Assembly (NCBI GenBank): GCA_963791045.1
Contig: CAWBQK010000003.1
Coordinates: 43,682 to 107,681, forward strand
Source: Candidatus Latescibacterota bacterium
GTDB taxonomy: Bacteria; Krumholzibacteriota; Krumholzibacteriia; WVZY01
DNA: 64,000 nt
Direction: 5' to 3'
Shown here: positions 10,650-21,482 of the stretch, piece after piece
Numbering within the stretch: position 1 is the stretch's first letter
How the letters are laid out: each line of letters starts with the position of its first letter
Notes under the pieces: model-generated
Databases searched by the model: none
Told to the model about the DNA's origin: nothing
What the model saw: the letters and a program-made list of their open reading frames with translations, nothing else
Position numbers and translations under genes: made by a program

Positions 10650-11479
10650 TGGGAGGTTTCGTAGCCGAGGGTGGCCATGCGGGAGCCGCAAATCCGCTCG
10701 ATGGCGGCGAGATTGACCGGTCCGAAGAAATCATCCCAGCGGACGCCCTTGTCGCCGGCGGGCTGGAACTGGACGTCCACGCGGTGCGATACGTCGTGCA
10801 TGGGTTCGAGGCCGAGTGTTCCTGCAAGAGCTTCGAGAGTCCCGATTTTGTCGCCCAGAAAGTTCTCGTATTTGACGAGGTGGATCGAATCGCTATTTTC
10901 GAGATACGAATCGGTCACGTAATTCCAGCGTTCGGCGAGCATTTCTATGTAATTGGCGCCCTCGAGGCCGAGCCAACGGCCGTCGATGATCAATTCCCAC
11001 GCTCTTGTGATTTCACCGGAGTGGTCTTCGGTCAGCCGTTCGAGATTGCCTGGAATTTTGAGGCGGTTGAGAATGCTCCGGAAATTATCGCGAGGATCCC
11101 GGATCACCATGACAAACGTGGCCTGGGGAAAGTACTCGGCGAGTTCATCGTAAAACGCGGACAGGCTTGGCTCCTTAATGATCGGTCTCGAGAAGTCGAG
11201 TTTGTTCAGTGAGACGAACTCGGCCATCGTGAGGCCGCCGGTTTTGACGCGATCGATTACCGGTTCTTTCATTTCCTTTTTCAGATCGAGCGTGGCGGGA
11301 ACGCCGGTCATTTCGGAGAGCAGTGCGGCGATTGCCGTCGTGCCGGATTTCTGATTGCCCAGCATGACAATTGGGGCGGGATGCACGTGCGCTCTCATCG
11401 CGCGTACATGCGTCGCCAGTCGGTCGACAAAAAGACGCACCGAGCCGGGGAATGATTTCTTTTTAGTCGGCGATGTCAC
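10646..11479 (-). CDS. Sulfotransferase family protein
   Basis: PAPS-binding-like GNQKSGTT, IIKEP, IRDPRD..S and VKYENF. The GTG start at 11479 has a GGAGAG RBS and overlaps the flippase stop. Confidence 0.8.
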   Translation of the reverse strand: MTSPTKKKSFPGSVRLFVDRLATHVRAMRAHVHPAPIVMLGNQKSGTTAIAALLSEMTGVPATLDLKKEMKEPVIDRVKTGGLTMAEFVSLNKLDFSRPIIKEPSLSAFYDELAEYFPQATFVMVIRDPRDNFRSILNRLKIPGNLERLTEDHSGEITRAWELIIDGRWLGLEGANYIEMLAERWNYVTDSYLENSDSIHLVKYENFLGDKIGTLEALAGTLGLEPMHDVSHRVDVQFQPAGDKGVRWDDFFGPVNLAAIERICGSRMATLGYETSH

Positions 11480-13034
11480 TTGGCTCTCCCTGGGTTGCCG
11501 AACGCCCCTGTTTGAGTTCGCGGACGATCTCAGCGATGTCACGAACCGATTGGCGTCCGCGCGGCAGCGCTATCCAGATTATTATATAGAAAAGCGCGTA
11601 AAGAACAAAGTCGAGCATAAGCGACACACCCACGGGAGCCGTTATCGAGAAAACGAGCGATGCCAGGTAAAGACAGGCTCCTGCCGCGATCGACGCCGTG
11701 GCGGGTCTCCAGATCGCGATGCCGAGGTCGGATACGCTGAGATGCGATCTGCGGAAGCAGTATACGATCGACGGGTACCTCAGAACGGTGAGCACGATAC
11801 TGAAGGAGAGCGCCACACCGATCGGACCCCAGGGGAGAGCGATCACGTAAGCGAGAACCGTTGCCGCCGATGCAAAGAGTCCCCATGCAAGCTGGCGGCG
11901 TGTCGTTCCAAGCGACACGTATACCCACCCCGTCGCGACGTTAAACGCGCCGATGAATGCCGCCGGTCCCAGCGCGCGAAAGATCGGCACCGCGTCGAGC
12001 CACTGCGAACCGAGGATTGTCAGAATCGCTTTGTCCGCGACGACAAACAAAAATGCCACCACGGGCATTCCCGCGGTGACCGTGAGAAGGACGCCACGCC
12101 GGTAATATGAACGGTATCTCGCCGGGTCATTTTGAAGTCTGCTAAGGGCGGGAACGGCGACACTTGTTAGCGGTGAGTTAATTTGCTGTATCGGCAGCAA
12201 GAGAATCCGGTACGCATTGTTGTACAGACCCAGAGAGCTCGCTCCCGAGGACCAACCGATCAGCATCTTGTCGACGTTTCTCGCAAGATAGTTGACGATG
12301 TTAAAGCCGGTCAGGTGGGCTCCGAATGTGAGCATCGACCCCACGCCCGAGCCGCGGACGGGTCGACCGGGGCGCCATCCGCACGCCAGCCAGACGCCGG
12401 CCGTTGTTACGATTTCACGAATCACATGCAGGACGACGAGTGCCCAGTAACCCATTCCCGCGACGGCGCACGCAATGGCAATTATCGCCCCGATGAACAT
12501 CGCCACGATCTCAATGACGGCGAGCGATGTGAATTTCATCTGACGGCGCAGAAGCGCCTGATGCTGGACCGTCAATCCGCTGAACAAAATTGTTCCCGCG
12601 AGGACAATGGTGATCGCGACCACACGAGGTTCCTTGTAGAACCACGCGAGCAACGGGGAAATTGCCGCCGTAACTATCATTATCCCCGCGCTGATCAGCA
12701 GGTTTATCCAGAAGAGCGTGCTTACCTGGCCGTGCGAGATCTCGGCGCGCTGAACGGTCGCCATGGCTAGTCCCATGTCCTTGAAGATGGCGATAAAACC
12801 GATGATAACGATCACCATCGCGATAAGTCCGAAATCTTCGGGGGAAAGCAGCCTGGCGAGTACCGCCATCGAACCCAATGTGAGGAGAAACTTGAGCGCC
12901 TGGTTGGCAAGGGTAATTGCGCCGCCGCGAACCGAGCGGCCCCGGAGGTCGGCGTTGAGATGGTCAACGCGCAAGAACTGGTCGTGCCCGCGGCTCTGAT
13001 TGTTTTCGGTTGGCGTTTGGGAATCCACGAACAC
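11463..13034 (-). CDS. Polysaccharide flippase (Wzx/PST family)
   Basis: LARLLSPEDFGLIAM, DMGLAMATVQ, LGLYNNAY and PALSRLQ; many hydrophobic segments. Confidence 0.9.
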   Translation of the reverse strand: MFVDSQTPTENNQSRGHDQFLRVDHLNADLRGRSVRGGAITLANQALKFLLTLGSMAVLARLLSPEDFGLIAMVIVIIGFIAIFKDMGLAMATVQRAEISHGQVSTLFWINLLISAGIMIVTAAISPLLAWFYKEPRVVAITIVLAGTILFSGLTVQHQALLRRQMKFTSLAVIEIVAMFIGAIIAIACAVAGMGYWALVVLHVIREIVTTAGVWLACGWRPGRPVRGSGVGSMLTFGAHLTGFNIVNYLARNVDKMLIGWSSGASSLGLYNNAYRILLLPIQQINSPLTSVAVPALSRLQNDPARYRSYYRRGVLLTVTAGMPVVAFLFVVADKAILTILGSQWLDAVPIFRALGPAAFIGAFNVATGWVYVSLGTTRRQLAWGLFASAATVLAYVIALPWGPIGVALSFSIVLTVLRYPSIVYCFRRSHLSVSDLGIAIWRPATASIAAGACLYLASLVFSITAPVGVSLMLDFVLYALFYIIIWIALPRGRQSVRDIAEIVRELKQGRSATQGEPSDIAD

Positions 13035-13141
13035 GTCTAAGAAAAGGTATACGTCTATTACATAGTGATTTATCTCAACTGTTCGAGACGATAGACGAAT
13101 ACGTGTTGAAGGTCAAGCGCACTTGACGGTAGCATGAAGCC

Positions 13142-14167
13142 ATGTTGAAAACCGGTATCGTACTCGATCCCCGTTATCAGGATCATGAAGTGACCCACGC
13201 CCATCCGGAATGCCCGGAGCGGATCGGGGCGCTTGTTGATATGATGCGCTTCTACCGTCGGGATGGTTTGGTGCGCATCGAACCCCGCCGGGCGACGATC
13301 GAACAACTCGCGTTGATTCATGACCCGGCCTACATCGACCATGTCCGTGCCACGTCGGGGGAGCCCCATATTGCTTTCGATCCCGACACACATGCGTTTG
13401 CAATGACCTACGTTACCGCGCTGCTTGCCGCCGGCGGTTTCCTGGAACTGCTCGACAAGATCATGTGCCGCGACGTGGACAACGGGTTCGCGATGGTGCG
13501 CCCTCCCGGTCACCATGCCGAGGCCGAACGAGCGATGGGATTTTGTTTCTTTAATAACGTGGCGATCGGCGCGCGTTATCTTCAGAGGGAATATAATCTC
13601 GAACGGATACTGATAATGGATTGGGACGTTCATCATGGCAACGGAACCGAACGGAGTTTTTACTCGGACAAGAGTGTTTTGTATGTGTCGGCACATCAGT
13701 CCCCACACTACCCGGGGACGGGCGCAGTCGAGGATGTGGGGAAGGGCGATGGCAAAGGGTATACGGTCAACATTCCATTAAGGGGTGGATTTGGCGACGA
13801 AGAGTATATGGATTGTTTCCGCGAGATCGTCGAGCCGGTTTGCCGCAGTTTTGATCCTGATTTCGTTTTGATTTCGGCGGGGTTTGACTGTCACGTTCTT
13901 GATCCGCTCTCAAGTATGCGTGTGACCGCGGCGGGGTTTGCCGATATGGCCGACAGCCTTCTCGGGATAGCAAGTGAGTGCGCCGATGGCCGCTGTGCTG
14001 CCGTCCTGGAGGGTGGGTACGACCTGACGGCTTTGAAGGAATCGGTGGCGGCTGTTCTCGATTCGTTCGCCGGCGGAGAACGGCGGGTGGATGCCGCAAT
14101 CGAGAGCCAGGCCGCGGCGACGGTTGACGCGATCAAGAGGGTGCAGAGTTTGTACTGGTCGTTGTGA
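13142..14167 (+). CDS. Histone deacetylase family (AcuC-like) Zn amidohydrolase
   Basis: HPECPER, RPPGHHA, GFCFFNN, DWDVHHGNGT, SAGFD and LEGGY. Confidence 0.95.
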   Translation: MLKTGIVLDPRYQDHEVTHAHPECPERIGALVDMMRFYRRDGLVRIEPRRATIEQLALIHDPAYIDHVRATSGEPHIAFDPDTHAFAMTYVTALLAAGGFLELLDKIMCRDVDNGFAMVRPPGHHAEAERAMGFCFFNNVAIGARYLQREYNLERILIMDWDVHHGNGTERSFYSDKSVLYVSAHQSPHYPGTGAVEDVGKGDGKGYTVNIPLRGGFGDEEYMDCFREIVEPVCRSFDPDFVLISAGFDCHVLDPLSSMRVTAAGFADMADSLLGIASECADGRCAAVLEGGYDLTALKESVAAVLDSFAGGERRVDAAIESQAAATVDAIKRVQSLYWSL

Positions 14168-14173
14168 CGCGGG

Positions 14174-16579
14174 TCAGCGTATCCGAGACGTATCCGGTTT
14201 TGCCTGCTTGTTTGAAGGGAAGAGGTCTTTTAAGTATTTGTTTTTGAGTTTGTCGAGACCGTCGCCTACCAGCGCTTTGCCGACCAGGTCTTTTATATAG
14301 TCCGAATCAGGTCTGACGCTTATTCCCGATATATTTCCGCCCAGCAGAACCGGAACCTCCACCTCTCCGCGCTCATTCGTCAAATACGAGATCGCCTTGT
14401 AGTTCCGTATCAGATCGTCCGTGAGCCGCTTGGAAATGGTGAACGTCGCCGTCATATCGAGGCTTCGGTCAAAACCAATCGCTCCCTTGCCTTTGATTTT
14501 GTAATCCTCATGTTTGAGGACGAGGTTTCTGGCGAGAATCCGCCCGTTGTCGACCACGAAATCACTATTCAGATTTTCGATGAGCGTGTTCTTCTCCGCG
14601 AACACCTTTGGGTATTTTTGTTTGACGGCGTTTGGCACGAGATTGCTCATGCCCGTGTATGAACTTATTTCGTCGAGAATCGAATTCGCGATATTGATGT
14701 CGATGAGTTCGCCCTCGAAGATTTCCGCCAGACCGTCTCCGCTCAATGTCTTCTGAGTGTCCTCCCATTCTTTCCCCTTGCCCGAGATGTTCAGGTTGAG
14801 GTTGGCCTTGCCGCGGAGGCTTTGGCGAACCGAACCGGGGAGCGCCGTCATCAACTGGATCACGTCAACGTCCGTCGCTTTCAAGCGCAGGTCGAACGAA
14901 TTGGTATCGTCGCCCGCTTCGATGAGACCGCTTCCAGTCAGGGTACCGTCCAGCGCGCGCAGCCGCACGTTGTCGATCCGCGTCTTTTTGCCGATCATTG
15001 TGTATGTCGCGTCGAGTTCGCGATAGTCGATGTCGGAGATGGTGCCGTCGGCAGACTTGAGGACTCCATTGCCGGCGGGTGTTTCGCCCATGATCATTCG
15101 ACCGCTCGCCCTCACGTTTCTGAGTACTTCGGGCTTTTTTAAGTTGGGTTGTGGCGGGCGGATGTCGGCAAGGGCCGCCTGGGATGAAGTCGCCTGATAC
15201 TCTACTGTCGGCGGGTCAAACCCATTGACCGTTCCTTTGCCCTCGACGGTCGTCTCACCAAGACGGAACGACATCTGTTTGATTTCGGCTTTGTCTTTGG
15301 CAAATGCAATTTCCGTTCTTATTTCGGTCAGTGGCTTCATCAGTTGGGGAAGAGTCGCCGCCGCGTCGGTTAGTTTGACGGTGCCGGTTATGTCGGGTTG
15401 GATCCCCTCGCCGAGGATGCCTTTGATTCGGGCGGTGAGGGCGGCATTGCCCGACAGTTTATAGGAAGCGACCATCGGGACGATTGTTTCCCAACCGGCA
15501 AGAGCGATGTCCCGCGCGTCGACGGTCACATCGATCGAAGGTGTCTTGCCGAGTGTGTACAATCCTTTTGCGGACGCCGCGAGCTCGCCAAAAATTATGG
15601 ACGCGTTATCGATTTTCAGGGTTTCTCCAGCGAATTGCGTGTCGGCATCTATTGCCAGCGGAACACCGGCAGGTTTATTAAAACCTTGCGGTCCGGAAAC
15701 CTGAAGATCGGCGCCGTTCAAACCGATTTGAATTGTCATCTCGGCGGGCGTTCCTTTGACGGCCGTTCGAAGAGCCAAGGGTCCCTCTATCTTGACGTCG
15801 GGCGGGATCGACTTCGCCATTTGCTTGAAGGCGCCCAGTGTTGTTGTAACGTCTATCGGATTGAGTTCAATTTCGAGTTCGAACGGCGTCGACATTGGAT
15901 CTCCGCCATCGACAGGCACCGGGCCGAAGGATCCCTTTATTGCCGTGTTTTTCTCATCGCTCAGAAACGCCGCCTCGAGATTGAGGTCGATGGGCTTTTC
16001 GAGATCGAGATCCTTGACTGATGTTTTTATTTTTTGGACGCGGAGATCCAGCTCTTGCGCGTGATCGACATAGTGAATCTCGCCGTTCTCGATGCTCGCA
16101 ATGCCGACGACGAGAGGAATAGCCGCGGCCGCTTGCCCCGTCCCCGATCCCGATACAGACGCTTGAGAGGCCTGGTTGGATTCGCCGGCTCCGCTGAAAG
16201 AGTTGAAGTTGAACACGCCTTGCTTGTTGCGGATGATCTGGATGACGGGGTCACGGAGAACGATGCGTTTAATTTGGAAATCTTTTTTGAGGAGCGGGAG
16301 GAGTTTGGCGTTCACCTGGAGATACGCCGCCGTGACGAATGGTTCCGACGAAAAGTCCGGGTCGTCCGCCACGACAAAGTTCTCGAGACGCACACCGAGT
16401 CCGCCCCGTAGTGTAACACCGATATCGCCGATCGAAACCTTGCGGCCAAGAGCCGTTTCTGCCCGCGTTAAGATGAAATCTTTGTTCTTGTTGACGATGC
16501 CCTCGAGGTTCATAACGAGGAGCGCGATCGCGCCGACGATGACGACGAGGATTATAGCGACGACGAGGAACTTTTTCAT
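14174..16579 (-). CDS. AsmA family protein
   Basis: N-terminal membrane anchor, ALGRKVSIG, LLPLL..IKRIVL..P, a long beta-rich body and C-terminal G.G.I.FD..LD. Confidence 0.8.
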   Translation of the reverse strand: MKKFLVVAIILVVIVGAIALLVMNLEGIVNKNKDFILTRAETALGRKVSIGDIGVTLRGGLGVRLENFVVADDPDFSSEPFVTAAYLQVNAKLLPLLKKDFQIKRIVLRDPVIQIIRNKQGVFNFNSFSGAGESNQASQASVSGSGTGQAAAAIPLVVGIASIENGEIHYVDHAQELDLRVQKIKTSVKDLDLEKPIDLNLEAAFLSDEKNTAIKGSFGPVPVDGGDPMSTPFELEIELNPIDVTTTLGAFKQMAKSIPPDVKIEGPLALRTAVKGTPAEMTIQIGLNGADLQVSGPQGFNKPAGVPLAIDADTQFAGETLKIDNASIIFGELAASAKGLYTLGKTPSIDVTVDARDIALAGWETIVPMVASYKLSGNAALTARIKGILGEGIQPDITGTVKLTDAAATLPQLMKPLTEIRTEIAFAKDKAEIKQMSFRLGETTVEGKGTVNGFDPPTVEYQATSSQAALADIRPPQPNLKKPEVLRNVRASGRMIMGETPAGNGVLKSADGTISDIDYRELDATYTMIGKKTRIDNVRLRALDGTLTGSGLIEAGDDTNSFDLRLKATDVDVIQLMTALPGSVRQSLRGKANLNLNISGKGKEWEDTQKTLSGDGLAEIFEGELIDINIANSILDEISSYTGMSNLVPNAVKQKYPKVFAEKNTLIENLNSDFVVDNGRILARNLVLKHEDYKIKGKGAIGFDRSLDMTATFTISKRLTDDLIRNYKAISYLTNERGEVEVPVLLGGNISGISVRPDSDYIKDLVGKALVGDGLDKLKNKYLKDLFPSNKQAKPDTSRIR

Positions 16580-16781
16580 GAAAGACGGATCTCCTTGTTT
16601 GATGCGCTTTGCTTTTGGCCCAGCGCGGCTGTGTCCGAGGCAACACCTGCGATCTGCCTTGGGCTCGCACTACGCTGCGCTAGGGTCCTGTCATCGGATA
16701 CCCCCGTAGGATAGATAAGCTACGGGTGGTGTCAAGCAAAGAGAGAGCCAGAGCGGGGGAGTAAGGCCGAATTGGCGGATG

Positions 16782-17495
16782 CTAATCGTGGATGTTGGCG
16801 ATTCTGACGAGTTTTGGGATGTCCAGGAGGTGGATCTTCTTTTTCTCAGTGGTAATCAGGTTCTCTTTCTTGAACTCGGCGATCGTGCGGACGAGCGTCT
16901 CGATGGCGGTTCCGACCATTCCCGCGAGTTCTTCCCGGGAAAGCCTGATGTTGAGGGTCGAGCTGTCCCCATCCTCCGTGCCGTAAGTTTCCTTCAAGAC
17001 AATGAGTGCCTCGGCGAGACGTTCGCGGACGGGTCGTTGCGCGAGGTGGACGATCTGCTCTTCGGCTCGCCGGAGTTCCCCGGTCAGAAGATCGATGATC
17101 CGCATGGAAAATTCGCCGTCGGCCCGAAGCAGTTTGAAAAACGTCTCCTGGGGGATGCAGCACACCACGGACTCTTCGAGCGCTGCGGCCGAAACGGTTG
17201 AAGGGCCCCCGGTCAGTAGTGAGCGGTAGCCGACGACGTCGCCGTTCTTCGCGAGACGCATGATCTTCTCGCGGCCTTCGTCACCGGTTTTGTAAACTTT
17301 GACTTTTCCCTTGTGGATGCAAAATAGGCCGGTCGGTGGAATCCCTTCGGAGAGAATGACCTGGCCCTTTTTGTAAATGTAGCACGCCTTTGTTGCGTCA
17401 AGCGCTTCGAGCGAGTAGCCGTCAAGGTCCGAAAGGATGGACTTGATGCGGAACTCGCACTCTGTACAATACGGTTTGTGGTACTGCTGGGTCAT
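16782..17495 (-). CDS. Crp/Fnr family transcriptional regulator
   Basis: N-terminal CTEC, cNMP-type GKVKVYK and HTH SREELAGMVGTAIETLVR. Confidence 0.93.
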   Translation of the reverse strand: MTQQYHKPYCTECEFRIKSILSDLDGYSLEALDATKACYIYKKGQVILSEGIPPTGLFCIHKGKVKVYKTGDEGREKIMRLAKNGDVVGYRSLLTGGPSTVSAAALEESVVCCIPQETFFKLLRADGEFSMRIIDLLTGELRRAEEQIVHLAQRPVRERLAEALIVLKETYGTEDGDSSTLNIRLSREELAGMVGTAIETLVRTIAEFKKENLITTEKKKIHLLDIPKLVRIANIHD

Positions 17496-17737
17496 TTTTT
17501 ATTTTTATCTTGCTTTTGAGTGAAGATGGGCGCCGGGTCGGACCGTGAGCCTGATCTCGGTAGCGACCGTCGGCTCCGTCCGCTCGACGGACGCGGCGCG
17601 AAGCACCTGCACAGTTGTCAATTATACAACATTTTGGTTCTTTTTATAAGTTTTTCCCTGACGGGGGATAATATAGCCTCGGAGGCCGGACTGTCAACGT
17701 TCACACAAGACCCGGTCGGAAATGTCCGGTGGCAAGA

Positions 17738-18574
17738 CTACATATACTCGTCCGCGTCGGACGCGGCCCCCTCCGGGGCCCCTCGCCAGAAATCCAGAAT
17801 CCTCGCGCCGAGAAGGATTAATATCGCGAGGAGGTACATCCACGTCAGAAAAACCGCCGCACCGCCGAGTGCGCCGTATATCGCCTGGCGCCGCGAGAGT
17901 CCCGCCGTGATCAACGTGCCCAGCTGCTGAAGAACGGACCAGGAGCCGGTCACGGCAAGTGAGATTACGACCGCGTGAAAGAGCTTCGGTGGTTTGACGG
18001 GGAGTGTCATGTAGAGCACCAGGAGAAATATCGCGAACACCCACACGGAAAAATACTTCCCCGTAATTTCGATAAGCGCCGGGTTCTTTTGAAAAATAGG
18101 AAGAGTCGCAAAGAGTTTGATCGAATAACCCGCAACGGCGGACACGGAGAAGAAGAGAATGGCCCCGACAATGTAAGCGAACGAGATAATCCGCCCCGTG
18201 AAGAAGCCGACCTTTTTCTTGGTGCCCATGACGGCGTTTATGCTTTCATCGAGCGCGTCAAAAAGTCCCATGGCCACAAGAACGAGCGAGAAGAGGCCGA
18301 GCAGTCCAAGCGCCTGCCAGTTCGACGCCGCGGTGTAAATTTGTTCGAGAAGTTTTTCGCCGGACCCCGGAGGAAGTATTTCGAGGACGTATGCGTGGAT
18401 CTCGTTGGATATCCCCGGGTTGGTTCGAAGAAAGTACCCGCTGGTCGACGCTATGAGAAAGAGGAACGGGATCAATCCCAACAAGAAATAAAACGCGAGT
18501 CCCGCCGCCATCATCGGGACGCGGCGTTCGAAAAAGCCGTCCCACGCACGTTGGATCGCGCGCAACAAGCCCAT
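17738..18574 (-). CDS. YihY/BrkB family membrane protein
   Basis: AAGLAFYFLLGLIPFL and IYGALG...LTWMY...ILLGA. The start is taken at the ATG at 18574 (the ORF track starts at 18697). Confidence 0.85.
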   Translation of the reverse strand: MGLLRAIQRAWDGFFERRVPMMAAGLAFYFLLGLIPFLFLIASTSGYFLRTNPGISNEIHAYVLEILPPGSGEKLLEQIYTAASNWQALGLLGLFSLVLVAMGLFDALDESINAVMGTKKKVGFFTGRIISFAYIVGAILFFSVSAVAGYSIKLFATLPIFQKNPALIEITGKYFSVWVFAIFLLVLYMTLPVKPPKLFHAVVISLAVTGSWSVLQQLGTLITAGLSRRQAIYGALGGAAVFLTWMYLLAILILLGARILDFWRGAPEGAASDADEYM

Positions 18575-18905
18575 GACAATGTCCTTTGCCGAGCGCGCGG
18601 CTTTTGTCGCTTCTTTCCCGACCTCTCTCGGGCCGAGAGGCGGTTTGTTTTGGAACTGTAGCTTCACGCGGTATCCCCGGCTTCCGAGTCGTTGCAAAAT
18701 GGTCTCGGCCCACTGAGATCAAACCGCGGGCCGTGATTGTTCGGACGGGACAACCATAAAGGTATCCGGTTGTTCCGTCAACACCCCCGTTTTCCGACCA
18801 CGGATGTTAACAAGTCGATTTGGGCTTTCATCGATCTCTGCTTTTATATATTCTTTCGATTGATCAACACACGCCTTCTCCGGCCATTTGGAAGGGACGG
18901 TGGCT

Positions 18906-19610
18906 ATGACAGCGAGAACGGTGCTTGTCGTCGACGATGAAGAGGATATTCTCGAACTTCTCGATTACAATCTCTCAAGAGAAGGGTTTCGCGTACTGAG
19001 GGTCACGAGCGGCGAAAGGGCGCTCGAGGTCGCCAAATCGGAAGCGCCGGATCTGATCGTCTTGGATCTGATGCTCCCCGGCCTCGATGGGCTCGACGTG
19101 TGCCGGCATCTCAAGAAGGACGAAAGCACGGCGGGTATTCCCGTTGTGATGCTTACCGCCAAGGGGGAAGAGTCGGACATCGTTCTCGGGCTCGAGCTTG
19201 GGGCTGAAGACTACGTGACAAAACCGTTCAGTCCGCGGATTCTGGTAGCGAGGGTGAAGGCGGTTCTGCGACGTCAATCCAGGTCGGAGGTGGAAGACAA
19301 AACGCCGATAAAGATCGGCGAGATCGAAATCCACCCGGGGCGTCATGAGGTTTTTGTGGACGGAAAATCCGTTCAACTCACGTTTACCGAATATGAGATT
19401 CTCTCGTTTTTGTCCCGCCGGCCCGGCTGGGTATTCACCCGTTACCAGATCGTCGAAGCGGTACGCGGCGATGACTACGCCGTAACGGATCGATCGGTCG
19501 ATGTTCAGATTGTAGGCTTGCGAAAAAAACTTGGCAGTTCCGGGAGCTATATTGAGACGGTTCGTGGCGTCGGTTATCGGTTCAAGGAATCGACGGAAGA
19601 CGACAATTAA
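18906..19610 (+). CDS. phoB: OmpR-family response regulator, PhoB-like
   Basis: VLVVDDE, LDLMLPG, MLTAK, YVTKPF, RSVDVQI and IETVRGVGY; adjacent to phoR, the porin and phoU. Confidence 0.88.
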   Translation: MTARTVLVVDDEEDILELLDYNLSREGFRVLRVTSGERALEVAKSEAPDLIVLDLMLPGLDGLDVCRHLKKDESTAGIPVVMLTAKGEESDIVLGLELGAEDYVTKPFSPRILVARVKAVLRRQSRSEVEDKTPIKIGEIEIHPGRHEVFVDGKSVQLTFTEYEILSFLSRRPGWVFTRYQIVEAVRGDDYAVTDRSVDVQIVGLRKKLGSSGSYIETVRGVGYRFKESTEDDN

Positions 19611-19662
19611 TAACGCGTGACTCGAGGCAGAGTAACTCGACGAGATCAAGAGACCAGGACCT

Positions 19663-21435
19663 ATGCACCGAAAACGCATTCTTTGGCAGTTGTATCCGGC
19701 ATTCTTGCTGGTATCGATTTTCCTTCTTCTCGCCGTGACGTGGTATTCGTCGCGGGCTTTCAGAACATTCTATCTGAATGAGACCGTCGCCGATCTTGAA
19801 GCGAGAGCACTCATCTTTGAGCATCACGTCGAAGAGCCATTGACACAGGACGACTGGACGGCGGTCGACGAACTTTGCAAGCTCCTCGGCCGGGAGTCTG
19901 CAACACGGCTGACCGTCATCCTGCCCACCGGCGTCGTCGTCGGTGATTCAGATGAAGATCCGGCGAGGATGGAAAACCATTCCGATCGGCCGGAAATCAT
20001 CACCGCCGCAACGACGGGTGAGACGGGCAGTTCCATACGATACAGCAGCACACTCGGTACGCGAATGATGTATGTCGCGATACCGATCCCCGGTACTGGG
20101 AGCCCGGCTGCGGTGGTTCGCGCCTCGGTTCCCCTGGGATCGCTCGACAGCGCACTCAATGGTATTTATGGAAAAGTCGTTTTCGGCGGCCTCGTTATCG
20201 CGCTAGTTGTTGCCGTCGTGAGTTTTGTGATAACGCGGAGGATCACGCGGCCCCTCGAAGAGCTCAAACGTGGGGCGGAGAGGTTTGCCGAGGGAGATCT
20301 CGCTACCCCCCTCGCCGTCCCCGACTCGGAGGAGATCGGGAGTCTCGCCAAGGCGTTAAACCGGATGGCCGTACAACTCGACGAGAGATTGGCCGGGATG
20401 ATTCGGCAGAAAAACGAACAGGACGCGGTTCTCGCGAGTATGGTTGAAAGTGTGCTCGCCGTTGATTCGGAGGAACGGGTAATCAGCCTCAACCATGCGG
20501 CGGCCAAACTGTTCGATGTCGACCAGGACGCGAGTCACGGCCGACCGCTCCAGGAGATAATCCGGAACCCCGAGCTCCAAAAACTCGCGGGCGATACCCT
20601 TCGCAGCGTCGAGCCGATTGAAGGCGAAATGACGATCTACGATCCGGAAGAGCGGTTTCTCCAGATTCACGGTACGGTACTTCGAGACTCGCGAGGGGAC
20701 AATATAGGCGCCCTCCTTGTTCTCAATGATATCACCAGACTCCGGCGACTCGAACGAGTTCGCCGCGATTTTGTCGCGAACGTTTCTCACGAACTAAAGA
20801 CTCCCATCACCACAATCAAAGGGTTTGTCGAAACGCTGTTGAGCGGTGCGGTGAACTCTCAGGAGGAAACAAAACGATTTCTCGAGATTACCGCGAAGAA
20901 TACGGATCGCCTGGATACGATTATCGAGGATCTGCTCGCGCTCTCAAGACTCGAGCAGGATACCGACAAAGACGACGGACTGTTCGAGGCTCGAAAGATC
21001 TCGGAGGTTCTTCGCCCCGCCGTCGATGCGTGCCGCCCCCGTGCAAAGTCGCGGAGTATCGACATCGAGGTGCAGTGTGATGACAATCTTGCGTGTGAAA
21101 TCAATCCGAGGCTGCTCGAGCAGGCCGTTGTAAATCTCATCGACAACGCCATTAAATACAGCGAGCCGGGCGGTGTTGTCGCGGTGACCGCGCGGAAGTC
21201 GGACACAAATGTGGTAATTTCCGTTGAAGATCATGGGTGCGGAATCGAGAAGCGCCATTTGCCTAGATTGTTCGAACGTTTTTATCGAACAGACAGGGCG
21301 AGAAGCCGAGAGATGGGTGGAACGGGGCTCGGTCTCGCGATCGTCAAACATATCGCCATTATTCACGGCGGGCGCGTTGGCGTTGAAAGCGTGGTCGGGA
21401 AGGGGAGTGTCTTCACTATTTATCTGCCTTTGTGA
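19663..21435 (+). CDS. phoR: Phosphate regulon sensor histidine kinase (HAMP, PAS, HisKA, HATPase)
   Basis: MENHSDRPE, RRDFVANVSHELKTP, NLIDNAIKY, LFERFYR and GTGLGLAIVKH. Confidence 0.9.
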   Translation: MHRKRILWQLYPAFLLVSIFLLLAVTWYSSRAFRTFYLNETVADLEARALIFEHHVEEPLTQDDWTAVDELCKLLGRESATRLTVILPTGVVVGDSDEDPARMENHSDRPEIITAATTGETGSSIRYSSTLGTRMMYVAIPIPGTGSPAAVVRASVPLGSLDSALNGIYGKVVFGGLVIALVVAVVSFVITRRITRPLEELKRGAERFAEGDLATPLAVPDSEEIGSLAKALNRMAVQLDERLAGMIRQKNEQDAVLASMVESVLAVDSEERVISLNHAAAKLFDVDQDASHGRPLQEIIRNPELQKLAGDTLRSVEPIEGEMTIYDPEERFLQIHGTVLRDSRGDNIGALLVLNDITRLRRLERVRRDFVANVSHELKTPITTIKGFVETLLSGAVNSQEETKRFLEITAKNTDRLDTIIEDLLALSRLEQDTDKDDGLFEARKISEVLRPAVDACRPRAKSRSIDIEVQCDDNLACEINPRLLEQAVVNLIDNAIKYSEPGGVVAVTARKSDTNVVISVEDHGCGIEKRHLPRLFERFYRTDRARSREMGGTGLGLAIVKHIAIIHGGRVGVESVVGKGSVFTIYLPL

Positions 21436-21482
21436 CGCTTTGGCCGTTTGCCTCCGTCGATATGAAGGCGCCGCACAACCCC

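Noticed and set aside
17614-17630. GTTGT-N7-ACAAC inverted repeat upstream of the Crp/Fnr gene as an autoregulatory site
   Set aside because: The arms are only 5 bp and do not match the FNR or CRP consensus.
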